Shown: positions 38,125 to 52,255, numbered from the stretch's first letter. The stretch is 64,000 nt of DNA from Octopus vulgaris (GCA_951406725.2 OX597814.1:181164001-181228000), one strand, 5' to 3'. Notes: generated from the letters alone by a model not told the origin. Numbers and translations: made by a program.

Positions 38125-39058
38125 ACACACATCTAAATACAGTAGTGTAATGGTTTGTTAAAATATTTCAGATCAACAAATATAGCACACATTTTTATCC
38201 AATAGCACACATTTTTCTTGCAGACTTCTCTGAATAAATATCTTTCAATGATTTTAAACTGTATTTTGTTTATTTTAACTCTTGATGACTCATCCAACGC
38301 ACACAAGCATAGCAAGGGAATGTAAAATGCTGCTGATGACAATAATAATACTAGTATGACTAAGACTTTCTACCATCTTTATTACTTGGTTCATTGGGAT
38401 TAAGTCTGCAAACATTTCCCTTTCATAGAGTGGCACCCTTGGGACAATTGTAGTTACATTAGTCATCACAAGTAACTTATTCCTGTAACAACTGATTATG
38501 ACCAGCATTTCTCCAAACTATTTTGATACTTTCAACATCACTAATTTCTTTGTGAAAACTGTTTTTTACATGTTACTTGTCACAGTCCAACTAATAATTT
38601 CTTGTGAGGAAGTTCTTGTCCCTTTCATAATCTATGATCAGCAGTCAAGTTATAATGACACTTGAAATTTTACTTAGAGATGTAAACATATATTTTCAGA
38701 CAAGCTATAAAAATGAAAAGCATAAAGTGTTTGGTCAGTTTTCCAAAACAACTAGGACATTAGCAAGGAGAGCATGTCTTTGTTTAACAATTGTATGTTT
38801 CTTTTCATCACTTACACATAATATAAGAACTTAGTCTTGAAAAACTATCTGTACATGGAATCAATTTTAATATCTCTTTATCTGAAGAAAAACTTATCCT
38901 TTTGAAATCAGACAATTTTCTGAGTAGACAAAAGCCTTCAGAAACAACAGAATGAGTTCCTTCTGTGTCATTCAACACATGATTTTCTAAGTGTTAAAAA
39001 TACATAAATTCAACAGGATTATATTTGAACCAAATATATGAATTTTAAAGTTTAATAC

Positions 39059-39143
39059 TTCTCCCATTGTTGGATCATCAGCTCTGTAGGCATCTAGTTT
39101 TTGTTGAACCATTTGAGCAAACTCAGCATTTTTGTCATAGTCC
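39059..39143 (-). CDS. STXBP1: Munc18 exon (85 nt)
   Basis: [28 protein letters not shown]; tcttag / gtatta. Confidence 0.95.
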
Positions 39144-39261
39144 CTAAGAAAGAAGATTAAAATGCAATTTGAATTTAAAAAAATATATTTTTGATGCACA
39201 TATAATATTAGTTCCGCTTCCCATAGGGACAATCAAATTGTTATAAATGAATTAAACTTAC

Positions 39262-39410
39262 GATCGATATCGAACAGAAGGATATTCACCAAGTGTGGCA
39301 CAGAGAGTTGCAATTTGTTCTGCACATCTCTCTAAATTAGGAATGCTTCCTTGCATTCTTGAGGCATTATAGTATACTTGGAATGTATCAGGAGAGTCCA
39401 GAGAGAATAT
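39262..39410 (-). CDS. STXBP1: Munc18 exon (149 nt)
   Basis: [49 protein letters not shown]; tttcag / gtaagt. Confidence 0.97.
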
Positions 39411-39794
39411 CTGAAAAACATTTCATGTCAGTTTTAAAATAAATATCTTATTTCAAACAAATTTATAAATATGAAATATGTTAAATAAGTGAATGTCTAA
39501 TAACAATGGATAATTCAAAATCAAAAATAATATACATATATTTAATACTTTACCATTCTGTTACGAATTAGATTTTGCAAATATAGTTTTTTATATAGAG
39601 TATTCCTAATAACTAAACAGAGAAATTAGTCTAATCAAAAATCTAAATTTAAAACTACAATAAAAGTGAAATATATTTTTTAAAAATATATATCAAGACT
39701 ACATGTGTATGTATGTATATGTGTGTATATATATATATACATATATATGTGTGTGTGTGTGTGTATGGCTGTCATCTATCCAGTGAGAGATGTA

Positions 39795-41549
39795 TAGTAA
39801 TCCCTCGACTATTGCAGATGTTACGTTCCAAAACCCCCCACGATAGGTGAAAATCTACAAAGTAGAAACAGTACTGTATATTTTTAAAAATTATTTTTAT
39901 AATTTGTATATATCTATATATATAAAACTCTAGTTGTGTGAGTGTCTGTCCCCTTCGATTTAGATTCCTAACTCCTCCCACATTTTGCAGTGCAGTTTAA
40001 CCAAATTCGGGTATCTTATAGTCGTGATTCATATCGAGCCCGTCTGACTATTAGCGCGCGTCAACGATGAGTCTACGATTTTAAAAATAATTTAACATCA
40101 TTTTTTTATTCCATTTTAATGCATAAAATGGATCGTATGTCGATGGCGGCGGAGTTGGCGTCCACGCTCACAGCTGCACCTGTTTGCTTCTCCCCCTTCC
40201 CTCCCTCATGAAGCTGTGGGGAATGGAGTGTAAAGAAATCAACGTCGTAATGCGTTGTGAAGGAAACCAGCGTTCTTTTAGAACAACGACTTCATGGCTT
40301 GAAGACACCAAAACAAAAATGGCTAAGAAAGCCCGAATTTATAAGGGAAGTAACTCTCTAAAAATGCTTATATAGTTATTTCCCTTACAAATCCGAGCAA
40401 CGCCGGGCGATACTGCTAGTCTTCTATATATATAAAACTGTAGTTGTGTGAGTGTCTGTCCCCTTCGATTTAGATTCCTAACTACTCCCACATTTTGCGG
40501 TGCAGTTTAACCAAATTCGGGTAGCTTATAGTCGTGATTCATATCGAGCCCGTCTGAGTATTAGCGCGCGTCTACGATGAGTCTACGATTTTAAAAATAA
40601 TTTAACATCATTTTTTATTCCATTTTAATGCATAATTTTTCGTGTGTCGATGGCGGCGGAGTTGGCGTCCACGCTCACACCTGCACCTGTGGGGAAGGGA
40701 GTGTAAGGAAATCAACGTCGTAATGCGTTGTCAAGGAGACCAGCGTTCTTTTAGAACAACGACTTCATGGCTTGAAGACACCAAAACAGAAATGGCTAAG
40801 AAAGCGTCTACATGAGTCTACGATTCAAAAAAAAATTTACCATCGTTTTTTTTCCATTTTAATGCATTTTTTCGCTATTATATAAGGGAAGTAACTCTCT
40901 AAAAATGTCTACGATGAGTCAACGATTTAAAAAAAAAATTACCATCATATTTTTTCATTTTTAATGCATTTTTTGCTATTTTTTGGCTATAACTCTCTAA
41001 AAATGCTTATATAGTTATTTCCCTTACAAACCCGAGCAACGCCGGGCGATACTGCTAGTTATATATAAAAGTGAAGTTGTGTGTCTGTCTCCTACAATTT
41101 AGATTCCTAACTACTCCCACATTTTGCGGTGCAGTTTAACCAAAACCGGGTATCTTATAGTCGTGATTCATATCGAGCCCTTCTGGGTATTAGCGCGCAT
41201 CTATGATGAGTCTACGATTTTAAAAATAATTTACCATCATTTTTTTCCATTTTAATGCATTTTTTCGCTATTATATAAGGGAAGTAACTCTCTAAAAATG
41301 TCTACGATGAGTCAACGATTTAAAAAAAAAATTTACCATAATTTTTTTTCCATTTTTAATGTATTTTTTTGCTATTTTTTGGCTATAACTCTCTAAAAAT
41401 GCTTTATAGTTATTTCCCTTACAAACCCGAGCAACACCGGGCGATACTGCTAGTTTTATTATAAATGCAAAACAACACCACAGAGGAATGAACGTAAGCT
41501 TAAATAATAAACTGTGATAGGTGAACCATGATATGGTGAGAGATTACTG
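39795..41549. mobile_element. pogo/Tigger-type MITE split by a Helitron array
   Basis: TA-flanked termini tagtaatccctcg and gagagattactg; internal gataggtgaa repeats in both halves. Confidence 0.65.
39913..41453 (+). mobile_element. Three tandem non-autonomous Helitrons
   Basis: Units start (TC)TATATATAAAA and end with the ccgagcaac(g/a)ccggg hairpin plus CTAG at 40419, 41058 and 41453; array sits between host A and T. Confidence 0.85.
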
Positions 41550-41879
41550 TATGCAATTTTTAATACACAATCTAAGAAAGAGTTACTAATAGTTTCATGC
41601 TGTAAAGATATAATAATTTGGCAGATTTATATAACATGCCATGTATCTCCAAGCATTTGTTCAGGTTCAGTGTATACTGTTAAACCTATTTGAAAATCAG
41701 GACACTGGTCTATAAGAAAAAAAATGGGAAGGAAAATGCAAAGAAGATTGATGCAAAAAGTAGGATGAGGAGAAAAGTAAGATCTTTGTCTTCTTTTCCT
41801 GTAGAAATCATAATTAATCTAACTGGTGTAGCATAATATAATGGATAGAAGGCCAGAGTCTGTAAGAGGGTGGTATCCT

Positions 41880-43530
41880 CCAGTTTAACAAAAGAAATTG
41901 TACATGTGCTTGCTTTTGCTAAAAGTTCTGGATCTGGAATTAAATAACGTGGTGGAATTCTTTCATCTAAAAAGAATGTGCAATCTTTCAGCTACGCATA
42001 ATTTGCATCTCTTCGATCCATTTATAAATGGTGTAGATTTCTCCACAATTTTCAATTTGATTGTATGTAGACCTTCTCAAACATGGATAGCCAACTTAGC
42101 AGCTTCATTTTTATCATAGTGTCCGAAAAAGGACTGAAGGTTAAAACTGCCTTCCCATAAACTGACATAATTTTTTACTCTTGATTATATTGTCTGAGAG
42201 AAATGCTGTAATTTCAGCCTCATAAACAACTGAGTTTATCAAACATGCTTGATCAAGAAGGCAAGCTTCAAGGTCTCAACAGTTACAACTGGGAGTGGGC
42301 TCTTGGTGTGACTAGCAAGTGATAATATTCTTTATATTAGGGCAGCAACAGTATAAAATTTTTAACAAGCATCTATTAAAAATCTTCCTGTATTTGTGGT
42401 TTACTGGAAAATGCTTATTAAATAATGCCAGGAATTCTTCATGTATGTTAGTTTTAACATTTGAGGAGGAGAAGAAGGAGGGGACAAACTATATTATTTC
42501 CCTAAGAGTATTTTTAGGCTCCATATTTTTAACTGAAAAGTTATATGATATTTTTGAAACTGCTGTTAGCTAGGGTATTGTTTTAGTATAGGGCTGCTTT
42601 ATCAAATATGTGCTTTGAAAAGGATAGATTAGATATCCTATTGCTGATGTTGGCTATCAGGTTTTTAAACACTATGGTGGGAGTGCAGAAATGTTTATGT
42701 GTATATATATGAGTTTCTCATTGTTTGTGATAGGGTTTATAAGAGCAAGAGTTTAAGTCTAGGGAAACATCTAAGAAATCAACTTTGGACATAAATAGAT
42801 GCAGTAATTCTGAGGTGTAACTGACAAAAGTTTTTTCCTTAGTGCATCATTATCACAGTTGTTAGATATGCCCAAACCACTGTCACAGTATAGGCCAAGT
42901 GTGTATTGGAAACTTTGATCCCAAAGTATTTAATATATAGAGACCTACACAATCACTGATGTTTGCAGTCATACGACCCTGTTGTTACATCTAATAGCTC
43001 ACCTGTATCAGACTTTTTTTAACCCATACAGAGCCCTTACTGAGTAAAAGGATTTTTCAAGCATTCACGATAAAGTTCAGGTTTTTGTAGTGAATATTGA
43101 CATATCTTTTGGCAAACTTAATCACCTTATCCACTAATGATCTTGATATTGAGGGATAAAAATATACAATAGCAACCTGTAAATCTAGCTGTATTCTTAA
43201 CCTTTAAATTCCTAAACCAATCTACCACAGTGCTGTTATTTACCTACTGTTGTAATTTAGCAATCTCTTTAATTCTAATATTAATATTCCTTAGTAATTT
43301 TTAGCTACCAAACCCATTTCAGTTCTTGGTGGGTTCAAAAGTCTACACGTGTTCATTTTTCAGAAATTAGGTTTGTGATCTTTTAGAGTATTAAAAGTTT
43401 CACATTTTGCTAAGCACCCTAACCTATCATCAATTATATATTGTTCAGAGAAGAATTTTTGACTGATTTGGTAGACTACTTGAATATCTAAAAATTGTTA
43501 ACCCAACTTCATGTTTATAATATATAAAGC
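41880..43530 (-). mobile_element. Heavily decayed Penelope-like element
   Basis: Scattered minus-strand peptides DCVGLY, YVSLWEGSF, NSTTL and LSMFEKVYI resembling PLE RT and GIY-YIG motifs. Confidence 0.4.
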
Positions 43531-43693
43531 CAGTATATACAATCAAGATTGACTGAATGAAATAGGAAAAGAAAAAAAACAACTGCAATAAATGGTTTTG
43601 TGTTTTTATGAATGGATAGGAATTGCCTAAAGTTAATCAATTGATTGATTAATTTCTAGACATGTAGACTATGTAGAAAGTATTTACTCTTAC

Positions 43694-43797
43694 CTGTGAT
43701 TCATATGGGAGAAAAGCTATATTTATTTCTTTTAGTGTTTTGATGAATTTTAAGGTGGTAGATTTGCTTATCTCTTTAAATAATTCATCAGGACATG
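43694..43797 (-). CDS. STXBP1: Munc18 exon (104 nt)
   Basis: (A)[34 protein letters not shown]; ttgcag / gtaaga. Confidence 0.96.
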
Positions 43798-44964
43798 CTG
43801 CAAAAAAGTTTATAAAAAAAATTATCTTAGGAACGAATTCATTGGTAGCTCTTTAATTTGTTCACTTAGGATAGAATTCTAAATTAAATATTTTTAGTGA
43901 AACTAGCAAGATTAGAAAAGTATGAATTAAGAAATACAAAGCATATGAATGAGTATTTCCATCCTCATGATTGTTTGAGGACCCTTGACTCTGTTGCATC
44001 TTCATGCTCAATCCAGAATGAATAGGGTCAGTGTCCCTAAAGTTCACTTCCAAGTCAATTTACTGTGAGAGTTGACTCCCTTAACCTTTGCCTGCAATGG
44101 TGTCACATAAAAGTGCCTGCAACAGTGCCATGTAAAAAGCAACCAGTACACTCTGTACAGTGGATGGCATTAGAAAGGGCATCAAGCCATAGAAACCATG
44201 CCAAAACAAACAACTGGAGCCTGGGCAGCTCTCCAGCTCCTGTCAAACTGTCCAACCCATTGCCAGCATGGAATAGACATTAAATGATGATGATGATACT
44301 TATCAGCTAGGAAACATAGGCAAGCAGAGTTACAGGAGAAAATTTATTCTGCTTTATAATTAAAATTTGCTCCTACAATATGTAAATTTCCAGTTTTCAC
44401 ATCTACCAACACTCTCCAATCCCATGATAGCATGAAAGAAAAAAGACAGAGAAAAGGTTTGAAGATCAATCATTATGTATTATCTTTTCATTTTGAATTT
44501 CTTTTACTTAAGAAATTTTCTCCCTTCTTTTACAGAGTGGCTCATTTTTTTAGTGGAAGAATAGTCTCAACTGATATATATACTAGAAAAACCTCTTTGA
44601 TCTGAAAAACTATTTCCTGAAATTTGAAAATTCAGGAAATAAAAAAAAGGCAGACAAAATAAAAAAAAAAAAGAGATTGCTCTGAGATTGAGGGATCTTT
44701 TTTTAAATGCAGATTTAAAAGCAATTATCAAGTTCACAAAGCTAAAAATAAAAAGTACTTTGAATTTCATTTTCAACAGCCCCAATTTCTTTTTAATGAT
44801 CTCTCAATAATCAGTCATAAATTTGTATAATTATGCACAAATATAATTTAGTATAATAGTAGCTATAATTTCTAAATAGGCTACAAATCTATTATAAGAA
44901 ATAGGCTGAAAAGTAAATGAAGTCAAATCTGCAATAAAAAAAATATCTAAGTTCAATTATTTAC

Positions 44965-45043
44965 CTTCAGAGAAGAATATGTGTGCACCCCGATACTGAG
45001 GGCTCTCAGGATTTTGGAAATCAGCCATTAAACTCTTGACAGA
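44965..45043 (-). CDS. STXBP1: Munc18 exon (79 nt)
   Basis: SVKSLMADFQNPESPQYRGAHIFFSE; ctttaag / gtaaat. Confidence 0.95.
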
Positions 45044-45173
45044 CTTAAAGAAAAAAAATCAATATTTTAATGTTTAGTAAAAGAATAGATAGATTATATA
45101 GAAATAGAAGTATCTAAAAATGCTTTATGAATTGAGATACTGAAACAAACAAACAAAAAATACATCTATTTAC

Positions 45174-45250
45174 CTCCTTAGTTGGGGTAATCAAATAAAC
45201 TGCTTCAAGCAAAGGCAACGGTTCTCGTCTCCTGTTTATATCCTCCACCA
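45174..45250 (-). CDS. STXBP1: Munc18 exon (77 nt)
   Basis: (L)[25 protein letters not shown]; ttgcag / gtaaat. Confidence 0.96.
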
Positions 45251-45599
45251 CTGCAATAAAGAATCAAGGATTAAATTAAAAAAAAAAAAAAAATTAATGT
45301 ACCTTTTATTCATCTGAAATAAATTCAACTGAGTACTTAAAGTTACAAGTGCAAAAAACATAAACTTTATTTGAAATAATAGTCTGTAAAAGAAACTGCA
45401 TTAAAATTATCAGTTTCAATGTCTTTATCTTAGGCTGTATGAATCAGTTATGATTCCAATGTAAGATCTTGAATGTTCATCATCTAAAAAACTCATTTTT
45501 TTAATGATCTGATCTAATTCATCTCAACTTTTCAATGATTTATCTCTTTTTTTTTTTTATTTCACTGCATCTCTTATGTGTCCACAGTTTGCATTGAGC

Positions 45600-46145
45600 A
45601 CACCATATGGAATTTCTACAAACAGCCTTTCTACATATCAAACAGGGCCATATTCCTGAAGGGAATTGAGAACCCTGTCTATTTCCCAGCTTAATAAAAC
45701 TTTGGTCTCTCCTAAGTTAACTTTAAGATCTTTGACTTCAGGTTTAGCTTCTACAGTTTCAGCTATAAGAGTAAGATCATCGATAGAGAAGAATTCTCAA
45801 GCGTAACCAGTCTTAAATTCCTTTTATAGCCTAGAGGACTATGAAAATTACAAGTGGACTGAGAACCTGGCCCTGAAGAACTTCTTGCAAACTAAATTTG
45901 TCACTGTCCTGGTTGCTCTCATTTCACTGACAGCTGTTCTGTACATGGCTTGGATGGCTCTAGCCAGCCCTAGCTTCCTCAGGGATCCCCAAATCCAGGA
46001 GCAAGATTTTTCCATGTTGACAAATGCCAAGTACTGTTGTTTACTTTTGGCTAAAATCTTCTGCAGTTGCCTCACTAGAAAGAGAGCATCAGTAGAGTGT
46101 CTCCCTGGCACACAACTAAACTGCATCTCATCTAGGCTAACTCTG
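45600..46145 (-). mobile_element. RTE-clade LINE reverse transcriptase fragment
   Basis: MQFSCVPGRHSTDALFLVRQLQK..YLAFVNMEK is a degenerate QFGF.PGR.TTDAIF..RQL.EK..AFVDLEK. Confidence 0.8.
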
Positions 46146-46294
46146 TAAGTAGTTAAGCTACAACCCTAGTCCAGCAACACCTATGTTTGTGCTTTGCTTT
46201 GATTTGATTAAAATCTGTTCATTTGTACTAAAAAAACAAACAAACATATCTTGAAATATTTTATTTGAACTGAAATTAAGCAATAGTAACTCAC

Positions 46295-46426
46295 ATGTAA
46301 TTCCCTCAGACATGATCTCATGCATTTTGCAGCATGCTGATATCATTCTCATACTAAGCTGGTCAACAATAAGAACTTTCCATTCTGCATTTTTCTTTAC
46401 TGCCAATACAACATCATTCATAATTT
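46295..46426 (-). CDS. STXBP1: Munc18/unc-18/Rop (syntaxin-binding protein 1), first coding exon in window (132 nt)
   Basis: Encodes (K)[43 protein letters not shown], the Sec1/Munc18 N-terminus; acceptor tttcaag, donor gtgagt; phase 1-1. Confidence 0.95.
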
Positions 46427-48200
46427 CTTGAAAGCAAAAGGACAAAAAAAAAAAAAAAGGATTAGCCCATTTATATTTCAATTTCAGATTAGAGAAATAC
46501 AACTTTGATAAATGTTAATAAAATATAATTAAAAAAAAAAATGTACATTGTTAAAAGACATATATTGATACACAATTTCATTAACAACTTTTAACCCTTT
46601 AGCATTTAAATTAATCTGTCAAATGTAATGCGTATTTATTCATTGTTTTGAACTGATTATGCATTATCTCATAGCTTTATGATTTCAATGATGTCATTGT
46701 TTATCTTTAGAGTGATATAGTAAGGTAGGTGTGAGAGACTAGATCTGGCCAATTTGAACATAAAAGAGATAGAACATTTGAGCCTGATAACGCCAGTTTA
46801 AAAGCATTAAAAGTCTTTTTAATTCATACATCTAAACAATGTCTAAATCAAGAGCATTATCATAACGCATGACTTAAATTCCTAACAGAGAATGTGTATT
46901 TTTTTTATTGACTGATTTTGCCGGATTCTTTGAGAAAACAGAATACATTACTGTAGTGATACCAAACCACAACATGATGTTCAACTCAAATTTCAAAAGG
47001 ATTTGGACTTGTAGGCACTTAGAAAAGAGGACATTTTTTTAAAAATCTTGGTTCTAAAGTAATAAAATCATACAAAATGAAATCATCTGAATTATCAATA
47101 TTGAATCACTTTGTGTAAGTGTAATACATATTTTATGATTGCTTTTCTACTCCAGCATTGAGTGGATATGTCATCACAGTCTGAGACAGTTATTATTTGA
47201 AGTTACCACTCTCTTAGACAAGTCAAGAACCACACTTTACTTGTAACTTCCATTTTTGGCATGGTCTACATAGTTCAATTCCCTTCCTGGTGCTAACCAC
47301 TTTAGTACTAGATATGTCTTATCTCTGGCAAAACTAAAGAGTCCTCTGTCCCCTATATTTTCTCTATTCATCCAAGACAATATTAACTGAGAGAGCAAAT
47401 TAGAGAGTGATGAATGAAAAGCAGGAGAAAGTAATAAAAGAGAGAGTATGATGTGAGAAATAGTAACAAAAGTGAAAGAGAGTGTTAAAGGAAAGAGGTA
47501 TGGAAAAGAGCGAGAGTTATAAACAGCTACATTTAAGTTGTTGGTAAGGAGATTGAATAGAAAACAAGAGTAGTGGAAAAAGAAGCTGTGGCAGGTCAAG
47601 AGTGATAGCAAGTAATAAAAATAAGATGATTTTATGAGACTGAATATAGAGTCAAAGTCCTCCATTGATACATTAATGTCATGGGGAGAAGTAAAGCAAT
47701 AAAAGGGGATATGGGGGAAGATTAAATTCAGAGGAATTCAATACTATCCTTAATTACACAGACAGCATGGTACAATGAGAGAGAAGAGATGGAGACATAA
47801 GATGAACATAATGGGCAAAAGAACACCAGCAGCATTTATAAGTCTGTTTTACCATGCTTGCATAGGTTGGTGGGTCTTCTTCAGCACTCTGTCCTTTATC
47901 ATCTTTGTCAAGTTAGAACTTTAGAAATCACTCTACACTATCTTGTCCCATGTCTTCTTAAGTGTCCCTTTTCCATAGATTCCGTCTGCCTCAAGCACTC
48001 AACTCTTTATACAATTAAGATTCTCCTTATAATATCAGAAGCCCATAAAAACAGTCTTCTCTTTTGTACACTACAAATACTCTTCAAGTATTATTTTTCT
48101 TTCAGCTCATTTGCATATATTATTCATGCACACTAAAATTGAACTTCCAGTGAAGTATGTACCAGTAGAATACACACATACACACACACACACATATATA

Positions 48201-49255
48201 CAGAGTGTCCAGAAACTAAGGTAACTAAGTTTCAGGCTTTAATAAACTATCAATAAGTGTGATAATATATGAAAATTGTACATCATTATAAAATTTTAGT
48301 GTATCTTCTTTTTGTTTCATATGAAATAAATTCAGACTTATAAATTAGATAATGGCTACAGACTGAAGCACAATCATAACCCTCTGCAAAGGAGGCAAAA
48401 GTAATACAGCTATAGCTAAAAGGCATAAAATTAACCAAACAACAGTCTGGAAAATTGTCAAGAAATTTCAGAAGACTGGTTCCAGTGCTGATCATCCTGG
48501 ACATGGTTGAAAAAGAAGTGTGCAAACCACTCAGCTTATCAAAAGTACCAGAGAAAAGATACAGCAAAATCCTCCTCATCCCATCAGAAATCTGACTGCC
48601 ATAGCAAAGATAAGCTGAACATTGATGTATTGGGTGCTGAAGGAGAAACTCAGGACCCACTCCTAAAAGATAACCCACTGTCATGAAAAAAAAGCAAGTT
48701 TATAAGGCCATGAGACTGGAGAGAAGTTATCCTGTGTCAGATTGCTGAAGGCATGCTGACCAACCTGGTGTTCACTGATGAAAAGAAATTTGACATTGAA
48801 CAGACAGTAAACCACCAGAATGACTGACTTTGGAGTATATCTGGTTCCACCGAGAGAAGACTCATAAACTGATGTCAAAATCTACAGTTGTTTTATGGTT
48901 TAGGTGGCTGTGACAGCCACTGGAATATCTCCCCTCATCGTTGTGCCCTCAGTTGTTACAATACATTAGGAACATTCTGAAAGCTGAACCACTTCCATGG
49001 ACAAATAAGCACTTCCAAGGCACACCTTGGGGCCTCCAACAAAACTCAGCACTATCCCACAGCTCCAAACAGACACAACATTGGATTAAAAAAAGCATTC
49101 CATCGTTCATAAGCAAGGATGGTTGGCCCTCAAGAAGTCCTGATCTCAACCCATTGGATTTTTCTGTTGGGTCCATTTTGGAGACAAGGGTCTTGAGCAC
49201 TTCTCATGCTTCACTCAACACTTTGAAGGTAAAACTGCACCAGCAATGGGCTTGA
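48201..49255 (+). mobile_element. Tc1/mariner-superfamily (maT/DD37D-like) transposon relic, 3' truncated
   Basis: TA followed by cagagtgtcc terminus; transposase motifs VFTDEKKF and QQNSA..H..WPSRSPDLNPLDFSV; stops and frameshifts. Confidence 0.85.
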
Positions 49256-49293
49256 GGATCTTCCGCTCACTTGGAATCTTGTTTTTCTCCTTA

Positions 49294-49506
49294 AGGCCAC
49301 CCCGCTGGCTAAGCGAGCAGGCCAACAGAAGAAAGATTGAGAGTGGTGAAAGAGTACAGCAGGGATCACCACCCCCTGCCGGAGCCTCGTGGAGCTTTTA
49401 GGTGTTTTCGCTCAATAAACACACACAACGCCCGGTCTGGGAATCGAAACCGCGATCCTACGACCGCGAGTCCGCTGCCCTAACCACTAGGCCATTGCGC
49501 CTCCAC
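49294..49506 (-). mobile_element. tRNA-derived SINE, young copy
   Basis: Minus-strand head TGGAGGCGCAATGGCCTAGTGG (A box) and GGTTTCGATTCC (B box), CpG-rich, followed by a non-tRNA body. Confidence 0.8.
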
Positions 49507-49528
49507 ATATATATACATACATATACAT

Positions 49529-49582
<54 letters not shown>

Positions 49583-49859
49583 CATCATTTAACGTCCGTT
49601 TTCCATGCTGGCAGTGTTTCTACAGCTTGATGCCCTTCCTAATGCCAACCACTGCATGAGTGTAGAGGGTGCTTTTTATGTGCCACCAGCACAGGGGCCA
49701 GAGGAGGCTGGCAATGGCCACGATTGGCTGGTACTTTTTATGTGCCAACGGCACGGAAGCCAGTCATGGCGGTGCTTGTTACATATATATAAATATAAAT
49801 TATATATATGTATGCATATATACATATATAGAAGTACATACCTACATATATATATATTC

Positions 49860-50820
49860 ATATATGGGTAGAGGATGTCACAGAATGTAAACAACAAGAA
49901 ATATGAAAACATAGAATACAATCTTTGTTTTGCGAATAACGAAAGAAACAAATGGAAAACAAGACAACATAAAGAACGATCCTTCATCAGTTCCCGGCTG
50001 TTTTTCTACTCTGAATTTCGAGCAATTCACAGATACACCTACAACAAAACAGTTGCTCCCACAAGGCAAATTGAATAAAATTTGGGATTTTGCGGAGGGT
50101 CAAAGTTGGTGACAAAAACAGGACAGTGAAAATAAACAGAAAAGGTTGCTAAGCCTAAATGAGCTGAGGTGGCGAATGCTGAAGGAACAAGCTTTCGTAG
50201 GAGACAGACAATAACGCGTCTGAACCCTGCAGCTGATCAAAAGGAAACAAAGAACCTTAAGTTAGGAAAAGAAAGATGGCCAATGGTCATGTGCAAGCAA
50301 CGAGAGAGTAATGAGGAAGAGTGAGAGAGAGTGAGTGACAGACGAGAATGGCGAAGGGGAGAGGAAAAGAATTAGATGATAGGGATAAAAAAACCAAAAG
50401 AGGAGAAAAAGAATTGGAGAAAGGAAGAGAGAGGAAATGGAAGGGGAAAGAGAAAGAAAAACAGAGACAGTAATAGAACAATAAGGGTTGCATCAAAATT
50501 ATTACGAGAAAACGTACTTGGGAATGTATGTGTGGCGTTCAATCATGTAATCATGTAAATAATATATATATATATGCATATATACATACATGTACATACC
50601 TACATATATATGTATATACATAATCATATATGGGTACAGGATGTCACAGAAGGCAAACAACATAATATACAAAAATACGAAATACTAAAACATGGAATAC
50701 AAACTTCTTGTGAGAACAACAAAAGTAACAAATGGAAAACAAGACAAGCATCATAAAGAACGACACTTCATCAGTTGGTGAATTCTATTCTGAATTTTGA
50801 GCAATTCATGACAAAACAGT
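49860..50820. mobile_element. Penelope-like terminal repeat fragments, two related copies
   Basis: catatatgggta..ggatgtcacagaa..aacaaatggaaaacaagacaa..cttcatcagtt duplicated at ~49860 and ~50625; gctcgaaac motifs of similar type at ~3632 and ~52340. Confidence 0.45.
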
Positions 50821-51245
50821 GGCCTAGCATACTTAAAAAGTCTGTAATAAAAAGAAAAAAGCCTGAAATTTCTTGAGGACACATTCTTCGTGGTAATACG
50901 ATTTGGCATCTTCTGTAATCATATTAGGAATCCACCTTGGTGGTTATTCCTCTTATATATGTATGTAATATTATTTAAAGTCTGCTAGGCCATTGGTTTA
51001 TATTGATATTGATTTTACTCTTTTATTTGTTTCAGTCATTTGACTGTGGCCATGCTGGAGAACTGCCTTTAGTCAAGCAAATCGACCCCAGGACTTGCTT
51101 TTTGTAAGCCTAGTACTTAGCCAAACTGCTAAGTTACGGGGAAGTAAACACACCAGCATCCTTTGTCAAATGATGTTGGGGGAACAAACACAGACACACA
51201 AACACATACATATATACATACTACTTACTACACAGCCACTCCTGC

Positions 51246-51248
51246 ATA

Positions 51249-51280
<32 letters not shown>

Positions 51281-51281
51281 C

Positions 51282-51312
<31 letters not shown>

Positions 51313-52001
51313 CATACATATACATACATACATATACATACATACATACATATACATACATACATATACATACATACATACACATATATATATACACATA
51401 CATACACATATATATATATACATATACATACATACATACACATATATATATACACATACATACACATATATATATACATACATACACATATATATATACA
51501 CATACATACACATATATATATACACATACATACACATATATATATACACATACATACACATATATATATATACACATACATACACATATATATATACACA
51601 TACATACACATATATATACATACATACATACATATATATATATACATACATACACATATATATATACATACATATACATACATATACATACATACATACA
51701 TATATATATATACACATACATACACATATATATATATACATACATACACATATATATATATACATACATATATATATACATACATACATATATATACATA
51801 CATACATATAAATACATAGATATACATATATATATATATATATATACACATACATATACCTAGATATACATATATATACATATATACATATGTATACATA
51901 CATATATACATATGTATACATACATATACATATGTATATATATATATGTATACATATACATATGTATATATATATACATATATATATATATACACACACA
52001 C

Positions 52002-52046
<45 letters not shown>

Positions 52047-52070
52047 TATGTATATATACATATATATACT
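51246..52070. repeat. Compound (TA)/(CA)/(TACA) microsatellite, ~820 bp
   Basis: Directly visible; source of the YIHT/YVCM pseudo-ORFs. Confidence 0.95.
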
Positions 52071-52180
52071 CTCTTTACTCTTTTACTTGTTTCAGTCATT
52101 TGACTGCGGCCATGCTAGAGCAACGCCTTTAGTTGAGCAAATCGACCCCAGGACTTATATATAAATATATATATATATAT

Positions 52181-52255
<75 letters not shown>

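Noticed and set aside
4469-46426. Munc18 as a pseudogene
   Set aside because: Only one lesion, in a homopolymer; all other codons and splice sites are intact
49425-49506. tRNA-like sequence
   Set aside because: Continues into a SINE body, and the acceptor stem is not intact
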